A stretch of DNA of 64,000 nucleotides, from NCBI GenBank assembly GCA_905202255.1, contig CAJKRH010000001.1, forward strand, positions 18,940-82,939, written 5' to 3'. The position numbers and the translations under genes were made by a program. The stretch comes from an uncultured Ruminococcus sp. (GTDB lineage: Bacteria > Bacillota > Clostridia > Oscillospirales > CAG-272). Within the stretch, counting starts at the first letter, position 1, and every line of letters starts with the position of its first letter. The notes beneath the pieces are model-generated. The model searched no databases and was not told where the DNA came from. It saw only the letters and a list, made by a program, of their open reading frames with translations. Below, piece after piece: positions 26,208 through 33,577 of this stretch.

Positions 26208-26600
26208 ATGAAAATGAACAATGAACTCATCGCAAAGGCAAAAGAAGCAAAAACCGCCGAGGAGCTCATGGCTCTGGCAAAGGAAAGCGGCGAAGAAATT
26301 ACCGAAGAGAGCGCAAAAGCTTATTTCGACCTGCTGAATCCCAAAACAGGCGAACTCTCCGACGATGAGCTTGACAATGTATCGGGCGGCGGATGCTACA
26401 ATGGCGACAGGCTTGTTATTTCCTTAATGCACTACTGCGATGAATGGCGCTGCAAGGACGACGGCTCACAGTGCAGTATACAAGGACCGTTGGCATGTTG
26501 CAATACATGCAAGATTGCCGCGTATTGCCACTCCTGCCATTACTGCTCATATGAAAAAGGTCTGTGGCTCTGCAACAACCAAGCCAACATGAAGAAATAA
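26208..26600 (+). CDS. Nif11-like double-glycine precursor, 69-aa core with 11 Cys
   Basis: The leader MKMNNELIAKAKEAKTAEELMALAKESGEEITEESAKAYFDLLNPKTGELSDDELDNVSGG is followed by GCYNGDRLVISLMHYCDEWRCKDDGSQCSIQGPLACCNTCKIAAYCHSCHYCSYEKGLWLCNN.... AAGGAGAG RBS. The tracked longer ORF lacks an RBS. Confidence 0.8.
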   Translation: MKMNNELIAKAKEAKTAEELMALAKESGEEITEESAKAYFDLLNPKTGELSDDELDNVSGGGCYNGDRLVISLMHYCDEWRCKDDGSQCSIQGPLACCNTCKIAAYCHSCHYCSYEKGLWLCNNQANMKK

Positions 26601-26677
26601 TATAAAAAGATGATATTACAGAGCTGAACAAAATTCAATCCGACATATTTAAAGATAACTTATAAAGGAGAAATATC

Positions 26678-27049
26678 ATGGCAATAAATAATGAAATCAT
26701 GGCAAAAGCAAAAGAAGCAAAATCAGTCGAAGAGCTCATGGCTCTCGCAAAAGAAAACGGCATGGAAATGACGGAAGAAAGCGCAAATACATATTGGGGT
26801 CAGCTTCATCCGGCATCGGGCGAGCTCTCCGACGAGGAACTTGACAATGTATCGGGCGGCGCATGCTACGCGAGCGACGGTTATCTCATGACCACTATCG
26901 GTTACAAATGCAAATATTTCGAAAAAGGCGCGGCAGGAATAAATGGCACCTGCTGTGCATGCAAATATTGGGATCAGCGCGACAGAAACGGTTATGAAGA
27001 ACTGGGACGCCCTGTCAGATGCCTCAATCCGAATAACAGAAAAGGCTGA
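26678..27049 (+). CDS. Nif11-like double-glycine precursor, 62-aa core with 6 Cys
   Basis: The leader ends ELSDEELDNVSGG. The core is ACYASDGYLMTTIGYKCKYFEKGAAGINGTCCACKYWDQ.... AAGGAG RBS. Confidence 0.8.
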   Translation: MAINNEIMAKAKEAKSVEELMALAKENGMEMTEESANTYWGQLHPASGELSDEELDNVSGGACYASDGYLMTTIGYKCKYFEKGAAGINGTCCACKYWDQRDRNGYEELGRPVRCLNPNNRKG

Positions 27050-27100
27050 TTGCACCCGCGGAATACAGATTTAAAATTTACATATAACAGGAGTTAAAAA

Positions 27101-27517
27101 ATGAACAGTGAACTTATCGCAAAGGCAAGAGCGGCGAAATCCGCCGAAGAGCTTGCCGCTCTCGCAAAAGAAAACGGCATAGACATCACAGAAGAAATCG
27201 CAAATGAATATTTCGACAGGCTTCATCCGGCGCTCGGCGAGCTCTCCGACGAAGAACTCGACAATGTGGCAGGCGGCGGATGCTACTCTGATGGCGGACG
27301 CCTTAAGACCACCAGCGGCTATAAATGCAAGCATTATGCAGACGGACAGTCCACCTATGGCATAAAAGGCACATGCTGCAGATGCAGATACTGGGGCGTT
27401 GACCCTAACGCTATCAGCGGTTCCCTTTGGACAACTCTCATAGAGCTGATAATAAGAGCGGCTGAAGCGGCAGAGCCCCGCGAGTGCTATCATCCCGCTA
27501 ACAGCAAAAAGGGCTGA
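27101..27517 (+). CDS. Nif11-like double-glycine precursor, 79-aa core with 6 Cys
   Basis: The leader ends ELSDEELDNVAGG. The core GCYSDGGRLKTTSGYKCKHYADGQSTYGIKGTCCRCRYWGVD... shares CY..DG.L..T.GYKCK.Y...G..GTCC.C.YW with the previous peptide. Confidence 0.8.
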   Translation: MNSELIAKARAAKSAEELAALAKENGIDITEEIANEYFDRLHPALGELSDEELDNVAGGGCYSDGGRLKTTSGYKCKHYADGQSTYGIKGTCCRCRYWGVDPNAISGSLWTTLIELIIRAAEAAEPRECYHPANSKKG

Positions 27518-27561
27518 TATATCGCGCAGCTGAGATTTAAATTTCTCATCATTCTGAAAAT

Positions 27562-27595
27562 ATCTCGGCACGGCTGATTTATACCGCGCCGAGAT
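27562..27595 (+). promoter_or_regulatory. Candidate partial terminator/attenuator hairpin between the precursors and the maturase
   Basis: ATCTCGGCACGG-10 nt-CCGCGCCGAGAT forms a 12-bp stem with one mismatch, followed by TTTGT. The T-tract is weak. Confidence 0.3.
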
Positions 27596-27638
27596 TTGTA
27601 AAAGCACAAAAACGACCGACCTTCAAACGGAGAAAGCA

Positions 27639-29024
27639 ATGCAATATATATTGAATCCGAATATTGCTCTGCGCTCATGGCAGCTTGTGCCTTATGCCTA
27701 TTACATAAAAGGAGAGCGGAATGCAATCGGGCTGAAAAAAGAAGAATTTGAATTTCTGTCGTCATGCGACGGGAAAACCGAGCTGCCGTCGGCAGAGGAA
27801 AGCGCCCTCGCGCGCGATTTGATGGGAAAAGGCTTCATCCGCGAAGCGAAAAACGGCGAAAGTCTCTCCGATTGGAACAGGGCGCGCTTTTGCGACAACA
27901 GATACTTCCCTGCCATGAACTGGATGATAACAGGCAAATGCAACTACAATTGCATTCATTGCTTCAATGCCGCCGACAATGCTCCGCTCATGAGCGAATG
28001 GAGCATGGAGGAGGCAGAGCATTTGCTCGATGAGGCACGCGATTGCGGCGTCAATGCCTTTACGATAACAGGCGGCGAACCGATGCTCCATAAAAACTTT
28101 TTCGATATACTCGAAGGCATTTACTCGCGCGGAATGTATGTCGAGGAGCTGAATACAAACGGTTATTTCATAAATCGGCAGACACTCCTGCGCATGAAGG
28201 CGCTCGGATGCATGCCGCTTATGAAAATATCTTTTGACGGCATCGGTTATCATGATTGGATGCGTAATCACAAGGGCGCCGAGGAAACGGCACTGCATGC
28301 GATATCGCTCTGCCATGAATTGGGATTTCGCGTCAAAGTGCAGACAAATATGAACCGCCGCAATCACAGCAGTATGCTCGAAACGGCAAAGGTGCTCGAT
28401 TCGATGGGCGTTGATGAAATGCGCATAATACGCACGACAGAAGCACCGAGGTGGGTGCAGAATGCAGGCGATGCCTGCCTTACATTCGAAGAATATTTCG
28501 ATGAAGCGCTCGCGCTCTGGCAGGAATACGCGGCAGGCAACCACCGCATGAATCTGACCGTATGGCAGTTCGGAACGCTCTATCCGATGCATAATTTCTA
28601 TACTCTCGCCGCCGTCGCCTCATGCACAGGCAAATATCGCGACAGTGCGCCCGTATGCAAGGGAAATCGCGGAATGATAGCTGTGGCGGCAAACGGCAAT
28701 CTCTATCCCTGCCATCAGATGTCGGGCTATTATGAACAGCACGGCGATTTTCTCGGCAATCTGAAAAAGACGCCGCTTCGCGATATGCTCTCGGGCGGCA
28801 AATATCTCGATGAAGTCTGCACGACTATAGGCACTCTGCGCGAGAAAAACGAAAAATGCGGCAAGTGTACGCATTTTGAACAGTGCAACGGCGGTTGCCG
28901 TGCGGTTGCGCTCGCAATTACGGGTGATAAACTCGGAATCGACCCCTCCAAATGTCTTTTCTGGGAAAAGGGCTACGCCGAAAAAATCGCGGCGGCTCTG
29001 CCCGCTTACAGCACAAATATGTAA
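27639..29024 (+). CDS. Radical SAM / SPASM-domain peptide maturase
   Basis: A CNYNCIHC (Cx3Cx2C) cluster follows an N-terminal domain of about 100 aa that may be RRE-like. The C-terminal auxiliary-cluster cysteines are CKGNRGMIAVAANGNLYPCHQ...CGKCTHFEQCNGGC...C. Confidence 0.85.
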   Translation: MQYILNPNIALRSWQLVPYAYYIKGERNAIGLKKEEFEFLSSCDGKTELPSAEESALARDLMGKGFIREAKNGESLSDWNRARFCDNRYFPAMNWMITGKCNYNCIHCFNAADNAPLMSEWSMEEAEHLLDEARDCGVNAFTITGGEPMLHKNFFDILEGIYSRGMYVEELNTNGYFINRQTLLRMKALGCMPLMKISFDGIGYHDWMRNHKGAEETALHAISLCHELGFRVKVQTNMNRRNHSSMLETAKVLDSMGVDEMRIIRTTEAPRWVQNAGDACLTFEEYFDEALALWQEYAAGNHRMNLTVWQFGTLYPMHNFYTLAAVASCTGKYRDSAPVCKGNRGMIAVAANGNLYPCHQMSGYYEQHGDFLGNLKKTPLRDMLSGGKYLDEVCTTIGTLREKNEKCGKCTHFEQCNGGCRAVALAITGDKLGIDPSKCLFWEKGYAEKIAAALPAYSTNM

Positions 29025-29055
29025 TGATTTTAATTTAACAGAACGGAGATTAAAT

Positions 29056-29289
29056 ATGAATAATCAAAATAACGAAACAAAAGAATATACACTCACAGAT
29101 GAAGAACTGAACACAGTCTGCGGCGGTATATCGTCAAGAACACCCGGCATCGCCTGCCCGCACTGCGGCAAGCTTATTCCGATAACCATCACGGAGTTGC
29201 TGACTCAGGGGCACCTCAGATGCCCGTACTGCCTTTTAAAGCTGAAAATCAACAGAACTTCTCTCGAAACACTCAAAAAACAAAAATAA
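29056..29289 (+). CDS. Double-glycine leader peptide with a 53-aa zinc-ribbon-like core
   Basis: The leader MNNQNNETKEYTLTDEELNTVCGG fits LSxxELxxVxGG. The core is ISSRTPGIACPHCGKLIPITITELLTQGHLRCPYCLLKLKINR.... GGAGA RBS. The tracked longer ORF overlaps the rSAM gene. Confidence 0.65.
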   Translation: MNNQNNETKEYTLTDEELNTVCGGISSRTPGIACPHCGKLIPITITELLTQGHLRCPYCLLKLKINRTSLETLKKQK

Positions 29290-29332
29290 ACTGCGGCAAA
29301 CCTGCCGTTATGTGCAGTCAATAAAATAGAAA

Positions 29333-29369
29333 TGATGACGAACCGCAAAGCGGTTCGTCATCATTTTTA
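29333..29369 (+). terminator. Strong rho-independent terminator ending the peptide operon
   Basis: TGATGACGAACCGC-AAA-GCGGTTCGTCATCA is followed by TTTTT. Confidence 0.8.
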
Positions 29370-29587
29370 CTGCGCATTTCCGTTTCGGAAGCCTCCATTT
29401 CGCTTCTTTCTTGATTTGTCGATTTTTGAATGCTACCCGCACTTATACCTATTTTATATACAAACCATAATAAATAAACCCAAGCGAAAACCAAAACTAT
29501 TGCATAAATCCCCCAAAAGCGCAAACAATATAGTTGTTATCACCACAAAATATTCTTGTAAAATGAAAATTTGGAGGATTTATATAA

Positions 29588-29764
29588 ATGAAAGCAACAG
29601 GAATCGTGCGGCGCATAGATGATCTCGGCAGGGTTGTCATTCCCAAAGAGATACGCCGTACAATGAGAATACGCGAGGGCGACCCGACGCTGACAACATT
29701 GACACCCGTTGCTCGATTCTTGTATGCTCTGATGGATTTATCCAAGAGAATTGGACTGAATTGA
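29588..29764 (+). pseudogene. spoVT: spoVT 5' fragment: 33 host codons, then 25 element-derived codons and a stop
   Basis: MKATGIVRRIDDLGRVVIPKEIRRTMRIREGDP is nearly identical to the Bacillus SpoVT N-terminus. GGAGG sits at 29573..29577. After 29686 the sequence reads TLTTLTPVARFLYALMDLSKRIGLN-stop. The ORF is under 60 aa, so it is absent from the track. Confidence 0.85.
29678..29685 (+). repeat. attL core GGCGACCC
   Basis: The identical 8-mer occurs in the same codon phase at 61315..61322. It contains a GA dinucleotide. Confidence 0.7.
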
Positions 29765-29783
29765 AGAAAACTACATAGGGAAA
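29721..29783 (+). repeat. 63-bp direct repeat, copy A
   Basis: 61 of 63 positions are identical to 32585..32647. The perfect run 29728..29775 equals 32592..32639. Confidence 0.9.
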
Positions 29784-29828
29784 GGGGCTGTAAAAAAGTC
29801 CCCGCTCTCTTGGAGAGTCCGTATTCCG

Positions 29829-30131
29829 ATGTGCCGAATCGCCCCGCAAGCGTCGCCTGAATCGAGGTCGAGAGCACGGCTGTTCGGTATCGAAGAAGAT
29901 TGGATGAAACACTTGGAGAACGGCGAGTACTTGTGTGCAGTGGAGATTTCTGCGAAACAAAATTATAACATGATCGACGGCAAGCGCAATAACACTGAGA
30001 CACCGAAAGAGGCAAAGTCGGGTAAAGATAAAATATCGCTTCTTGAAAGATTGAAAGAAAAACAGCAGCTTTTGATTTCGGGCACAAGAAAAGAGGATAA
30101 GGAAAAGAAAAGCGAGCGCGATTTGCCGTAA
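29829..30131 (+). pseudogene. C-terminal fragment of a DUF4316-like conjugative-element protein
   Basis: ...EEDWMKHLENGEYLCAVEISAKQNYNMIDGKRNN...ISLLERLKEKQ resembles the C-terminal module of large ICE proteins of Clostridia, recalled from memory. No credible N-terminus or RBS. Confidence 0.45.
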
Positions 30132-30139
30132 ACAGTTTG

Positions 30140-30183
30140 GGTATGGGCGATGTGATGAGCATTGTCCCATACCTCGTTTTTTA
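30140..30183 (+). terminator. Rho-independent terminator
   Basis: GGTATGGG-18 nt-CCCATACC is followed by TCGTTTTTTATTTT. Confidence 0.5.
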
Positions 30184-30252
30184 TTTTAAAACTTAGAAAA
30201 ATGAATTTACACGTATTATTTACAAATGTTCTGCAAATAATAGGAATAAATC

Positions 30253-30281
30253 TTGACAAAGCCGACTTTGCACTGTATAAT
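30253..30281 (+). promoter_or_regulatory. Consensus promoter TTGACA-17 nt-TATAAT for the ATPase/RloB pair
   Basis: TTGACA at 30253..30258 and TATAAT at 30276..30281, separated by a 17-nt spacer. Confidence 0.65.
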
Positions 30282-30316
30282 ATACAGTAGGATTTTTATT
30301 GTGGGAGGACACGATA

Positions 30317-31492
30317 ATGCTGTTGCAATTTTCAGTAACGAACCATCGTTCCATAAAGGAAAAAGCAGTTATCAGCATGAAAGCAACTGCTGATAAATCG
30401 TTAAAAGAGTGCTTGATCAGCCCGGATGGAAAAAAAGAACTTGTCCCTGTTATGGCGATTTACGGTGCAAATGCCGCGGGCAAAAGTAATATGATTCAAG
30501 CTTTGCTTTTAATGCGTGATATGGTATGCGGTGAATACGCAAAACCGTTGAAAGGTGCGGAACTTCCGTGGGAACCGTTTGCCTTTACAGATGATAAAGA
30601 TGAAAGACCGACAGATTTTGAAATTATCTATTATTATGAGGGAACAAAATATGCTTACGGTTATTCCTTCAATAGAGACAGGATCATAAGCGAGTATCTT
30701 TATCATTGGCCCAATGGCAGAGAGGCGCTTGTCTTTTCGAGGGATAATGATAAATACGAGTTTCGTGAGAGTATTCAAGAGCAATTAACGCTTGCCGGAC
30801 GCACCTCTGAAAATCGCCTATATCTTACAAGCTCAAACGAGTGGAATTGTCCGCAGACGGAAAAGGCATATCTTTGGTTTCAAAGATATTTGCGCGGACT
30901 TATTGCAACAGGGGTATCTAACAACACTACACTTGATGCCATTCGTAAGGGTGGAGATAACAAGAACCGTGTTTTGGAAGAAATGATGTTTGCTGATTTG
31001 GGCATCTGTGATGTGGTATTGTCGGGAACAAAAGAAAAGCCGACGATAGCAACGGTCCACCAATTGGAAAAAGCGGACGGGAGCAAAAAACAGTATTCTT
31101 TGCTGTTGGGACAGGAATCAATGGGAACACAGCGATTCTTTTCACGAATCGGTTCTTGGATTGAATCACTTGAAGCCGGAGCTGTGCTTGTAGTAGATGA
31201 AATAGAGTCAAGTATGCATCCGCTTTTAACCAGACATCTGATTGAAATGTTTCAGGATCAGACAATAAATGATAAGCACGCACAGTTGATATTTACCACG
31301 CACGATACAGGCTTACTTGATTTGAAACTTTTGCGTCGCGATCAGATTTGGTTTGCAGAGAAAAACGAAAAAACAATGGGAACCGATATTTATGCCCTTA
31401 CTGAATTTTCTCCGAGAAAGGAAGAAAATATCGCACGAGGATACCTGCAAGGACGATACGGGGCAATTCCGTTTGTCGGAGGAGGTATCTGA
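30317..31492 (+). CDS. AAA/ABC-type ATPase (AAA_15/AAA_21-like), AbiLi-like
   Basis: MLLQFSVTNHRSIKE..., Walker A YGANAAGKSN and Walker B-like AVLVVDEIESSMHP. GGGAGGA RBS before ATG 30317. Confidence 0.75.
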   Translation: MLLQFSVTNHRSIKEKAVISMKATADKSLKECLISPDGKKELVPVMAIYGANAAGKSNMIQALLLMRDMVCGEYAKPLKGAELPWEPFAFTDDKDERPTDFEIIYYYEGTKYAYGYSFNRDRIISEYLYHWPNGREALVFSRDNDKYEFRESIQEQLTLAGRTSENRLYLTSSNEWNCPQTEKAYLWFQRYLRGLIATGVSNNTTLDAIRKGGDNKNRVLEEMMFADLGICDVVLSGTKEKPTIATVHQLEKADGSKKQYSLLLGQESMGTQRFFSRIGSWIESLEAGAVLVVDEIESSMHPLLTRHLIEMFQDQTINDKHAQLIFTTHDTGLLDLKLLRRDQIWFAEKNEKTMGTDIYALTEFSPRKEENIARGYLQGRYGAIPFVGGGI

Positions 31493-31493
31493 T

Positions 31494-32117
31494 ATGGGAA
31501 GAATCAAAGAGGTAGAACGCAGGAGTTTCGGCAGTCGAAAAAGAAATCCCGTTGTGTATCTGATTTGCGAAGGCTCAGAAACCGAAATTCGCTATTTCAA
31601 GAAATTTCGCAGCAGAGAGTGTCACATAGATATTGTTCCTATTCCGTCACAGTATAAATCTGCTGACAAGCTTGTTCAGAAAGCAAGATCAACCATTGCA
31701 ATGAATCCGTATTATCCCGATGAAGGCGACATTATTTGGTGCGTGTTTGACTGCGACGATAACACAAATCAAATGCTTGCGAAAGCAAAACAGGTTGCTA
31801 TAAAAGAGGGATATAAATTAGCCTTTTCCAATCCGTCTTTTGAGGTTTGGTTCTTGTTACACTTCAATAATCAGATTACACCGGTTGAAAATTGCGATGC
31901 AGCAATCAAGCTTTTGAAGCAGAAAGGGCGCTTGGAGCAGTATGAGAAAAACAAAAATGTGTATGATCAGCTCAAACCGCTGCAAGCTCTTGCGATAGAA
32001 AGAGCTAAAAACCGAGTATCGGTATTGAAAGAAGAACACACAGAAATCATTTCCAGACAAAGCAATCCGGCAACAACGGTTGCGGAGCTGGTGGAATACT
32101 TAAATAGCAAGCAGTAA
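31494..32117 (+). CDS. RloB-like protein, AbiLii-like
   Basis: MGRIKEVERRSFGSRKRNPVVYLICEGSETEIRYFKKF... and ...IWCVFDCDD...AFSNPSFEVWFLLHF are typical of the RloB family. The start overlaps the ATPase stop (TGATATG). Confidence 0.7.
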   Translation: MGRIKEVERRSFGSRKRNPVVYLICEGSETEIRYFKKFRSRECHIDIVPIPSQYKSADKLVQKARSTIAMNPYYPDEGDIIWCVFDCDDNTNQMLAKAKQVAIKEGYKLAFSNPSFEVWFLLHFNNQITPVENCDAAIKLLKQKGRLEQYEKNKNVYDQLKPLQALAIERAKNRVSVLKEEHTEIISRQSNPATTVAELVEYLNSKQ

Positions 32118-32370
32118 TATTGGATCGTTCTCTGAAATAATACCTTCAACAGCGAATGTCGCGACCGTCATCAACGCCTATACGTTAACTGAATCGGAAA
32201 AATCGGTATATGAGTTTATTTTTTCTCATGTTAATGCTTCTACAAAAGAAATTTCTGAGGCAACAGGAGTTACCGTTCGTACAGTTCATCGTTCAATCAA
32301 AGAGTTGGAAAACCATCAAATAATTAAAAAAGCCGGTACAAGAACAAGAGTTGAGTGGATTATTTTGTAA
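32104..32370 (+). pseudogene. Start-less winged-helix fragment (C-terminal piece of an AlbA_2/RecG-like regulator type)
   Basis: The open frame has no ATG, GTG or TTG. It ends ...LTESEKSVYEFIFSHVNASTKEISEATGVTVRTVHRSIKELENHQIIKKAGTRTRVEWIIL-stop. Confidence 0.4.
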
Positions 32371-32584
32371 ATAGCCAAAAAAACGATAGCGGAGAAAGAG
32401 ATGCCAAAACAGTATCGTCTTTCTCCGCTTTTTCTGTTTATCGGATATCCCAGTCGGCGAATGACTTCTGTGATTGATTGCGTTGTATCATACATTGCAA
32501 TTGCCTTTTCCTTTTGCTTCCTTGTGTACATAATCCCTTCCTTTCTTTCTGTCCAGGATTTTGTCCGCAGGCCCTACCGACTTG

Positions 32585-32647
32585 TGTATGTTCTGATGGA
32601 TTTATCCAAGAGAATTGGACTGAATTGAAGAAAACTACACAGGGAAA
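32585..32647 (+). repeat. 63-bp direct repeat, copy B
   Basis: See copy A. The + frame again ends ...VLMDLSKRIGLN-stop. Confidence 0.9.
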
Positions 32648-32718
32648 CCGCACAACCGCCGACCTAACAATCGGCAGTTGTGCACTTTGCAAATATGCAA
32701 AATATCTGTCCGGAAATC

Positions 32719-33093
32719 TTATTTCTCCCGTATCATGGTGCCAAAGCAAAACACCGCTACCGAGAAACCAAAGGCGACTATGGTCGAGTCCGTTGAAATC
32801 GTACCCATCAGGAAGCAGACGCAGGCGGCAAGCATAACTCCGACAGACAAAATGCGCGGCACCTCTCTTTTGACAGTTGAAAGAAATTTCAACCGTGTAT
32901 CCGCTTCATCTGCCGTCTGCTCAACCGGTAAACCGAGCAGTTCAGTGAGTTTACCAATGTGTGATGCGTCCGATTGCGGCAGTCCGCGCTCCCATTTCAA
33001 GACTGCTTTCCCCGATATGCCAAGCATCGCTCCGAGTGCATCCTGCGTCAGTCCCTTTTCTTTTCGCTTTTCCGCAATCATTTTTCCATCCAT
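32719..33093 (-). CDS. XRE-family HTH protein with C-terminal TM helices
   Basis: MDGKMIAEKRKEKGLTQDALGAMLGISGKAVLKWERG is the HTH, followed by hydrophobic ILSVGVMLAACVCFLMG and IVAFGFSVAVFCFG. GGAGG lies upstream of ATG 33093. Confidence 0.7.
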   Translation of the reverse strand: MDGKMIAEKRKEKGLTQDALGAMLGISGKAVLKWERGLPQSDASHIGKLTELLGLPVEQTADEADTRLKFLSTVKREVPRILSVGVMLAACVCFLMGTISTDSTIVAFGFSVAVFCFGTMIREK

Positions 33094-33140
33094 ATAAACC
33101 TCCGTAAACCATGTTGGTTGTGTGAGTATTATACACCAAC

Positions 33141-33331
33141 ATGTCAGCTTCCGAAACGGCAGCAAAGCGGGATTTTCATCTCGGCGTGTAGGGATTCTCT
33201 GCAATGAGGGTCGCATAGTCGGAGCGCAGAAAGCCGGAGCAACATGGATTATTGCGGAAGATGCCGAGAAGCCGAGTGATGCGAGAATAAAAAGCGGAAA
33301 ACATATTAAACTGAAAAAGAAGGTGAATTGA
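33141..33331 (+). pseudogene. Excisionase-like HTH_17 gene with a 1-nt frameshift
   Basis: ATG 33141 gives MSASETAAKR, then a stop. The +1 frame continues GFSSRRVGILCNEGRIVGAQKAGATWIIAEDAEKPSDARIKSGKHIK. One extra G in the GGG run at 33169..33171 would join the two frames. Confidence 0.5.
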
Positions 33332-33332
33332 A

Positions 33333-33539
33333 ATGATTGATCTGAATGAAATTTTCGAGTTTTCCGAAAAGGTTAATGTTGAAGTGAACGCAGCACAAGG
33401 CGGTATTCCAAACAGCATTTGGGAGACATATTCCTCCTTTACAAATACGTTCGGCGGTACGATCATTCTCGGAATAGGTAAACATAAAAATTGCATTTAC
33501 CGACACAAACTCGCTCATTTTTTAGTTGTTTTCAATTGA
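33333..33539 (+). pseudogene. N-terminal fragment of an AlbA_2 (Schlafen-like) DNA-binding protein, truncated
   Basis: ...EFSEKVNVEVNAAQGGIPNSIWETYSSFTNTFGGTIILGIG matches the start of AlbA_2-domain proteins. The sequence then becomes unrelated and stops after 68 codons. Confidence 0.5.
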
Positions 33540-33577
33540 AACTCGCTCATTTTTTATAAAACTGAATATTCCGCGCT

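Noticed and set aside
25792-27100. A shared ECF-type promoter motif (GAAC...CGT-like) upstream of each precursor gene.
   Set aside because: By eye, I could not find a motif common to the regions upstream of 25866, 26208, 26678 and 27101. The last two gaps are short and may simply be intercistronic.
29370-29587. A forespore-type (sigma-G or sigma-F) promoter upstream of the spoVT 5' fragment.
   Set aside because: I found only loose resemblances, for example GCATA-19 nt-CAATATA around 29500..29535. The spacing and the -10 do not fit well enough to call.
29714-29785. The 63-bp repeat as a group II intron boundary, riboswitch or tRNA-like attachment site.
   Set aside because: There is no GUGYG-type 5' end, no domain V-like hairpin, no RT/maturase ORF and no cloverleaf. 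Both copies are better explained as the 3' tail of a recombinase reading frame, since they share the same frame and the same stop.
29497-30170. Minus-strand ORFs 29497..30162 (221 aa) and 29637..30170 (177 aa).
   Set aside because: They run antisense across the spoVT 5' fragment, attL and the DUF4316-like fragment. They have no motifs, and they overlap each other in two frames.
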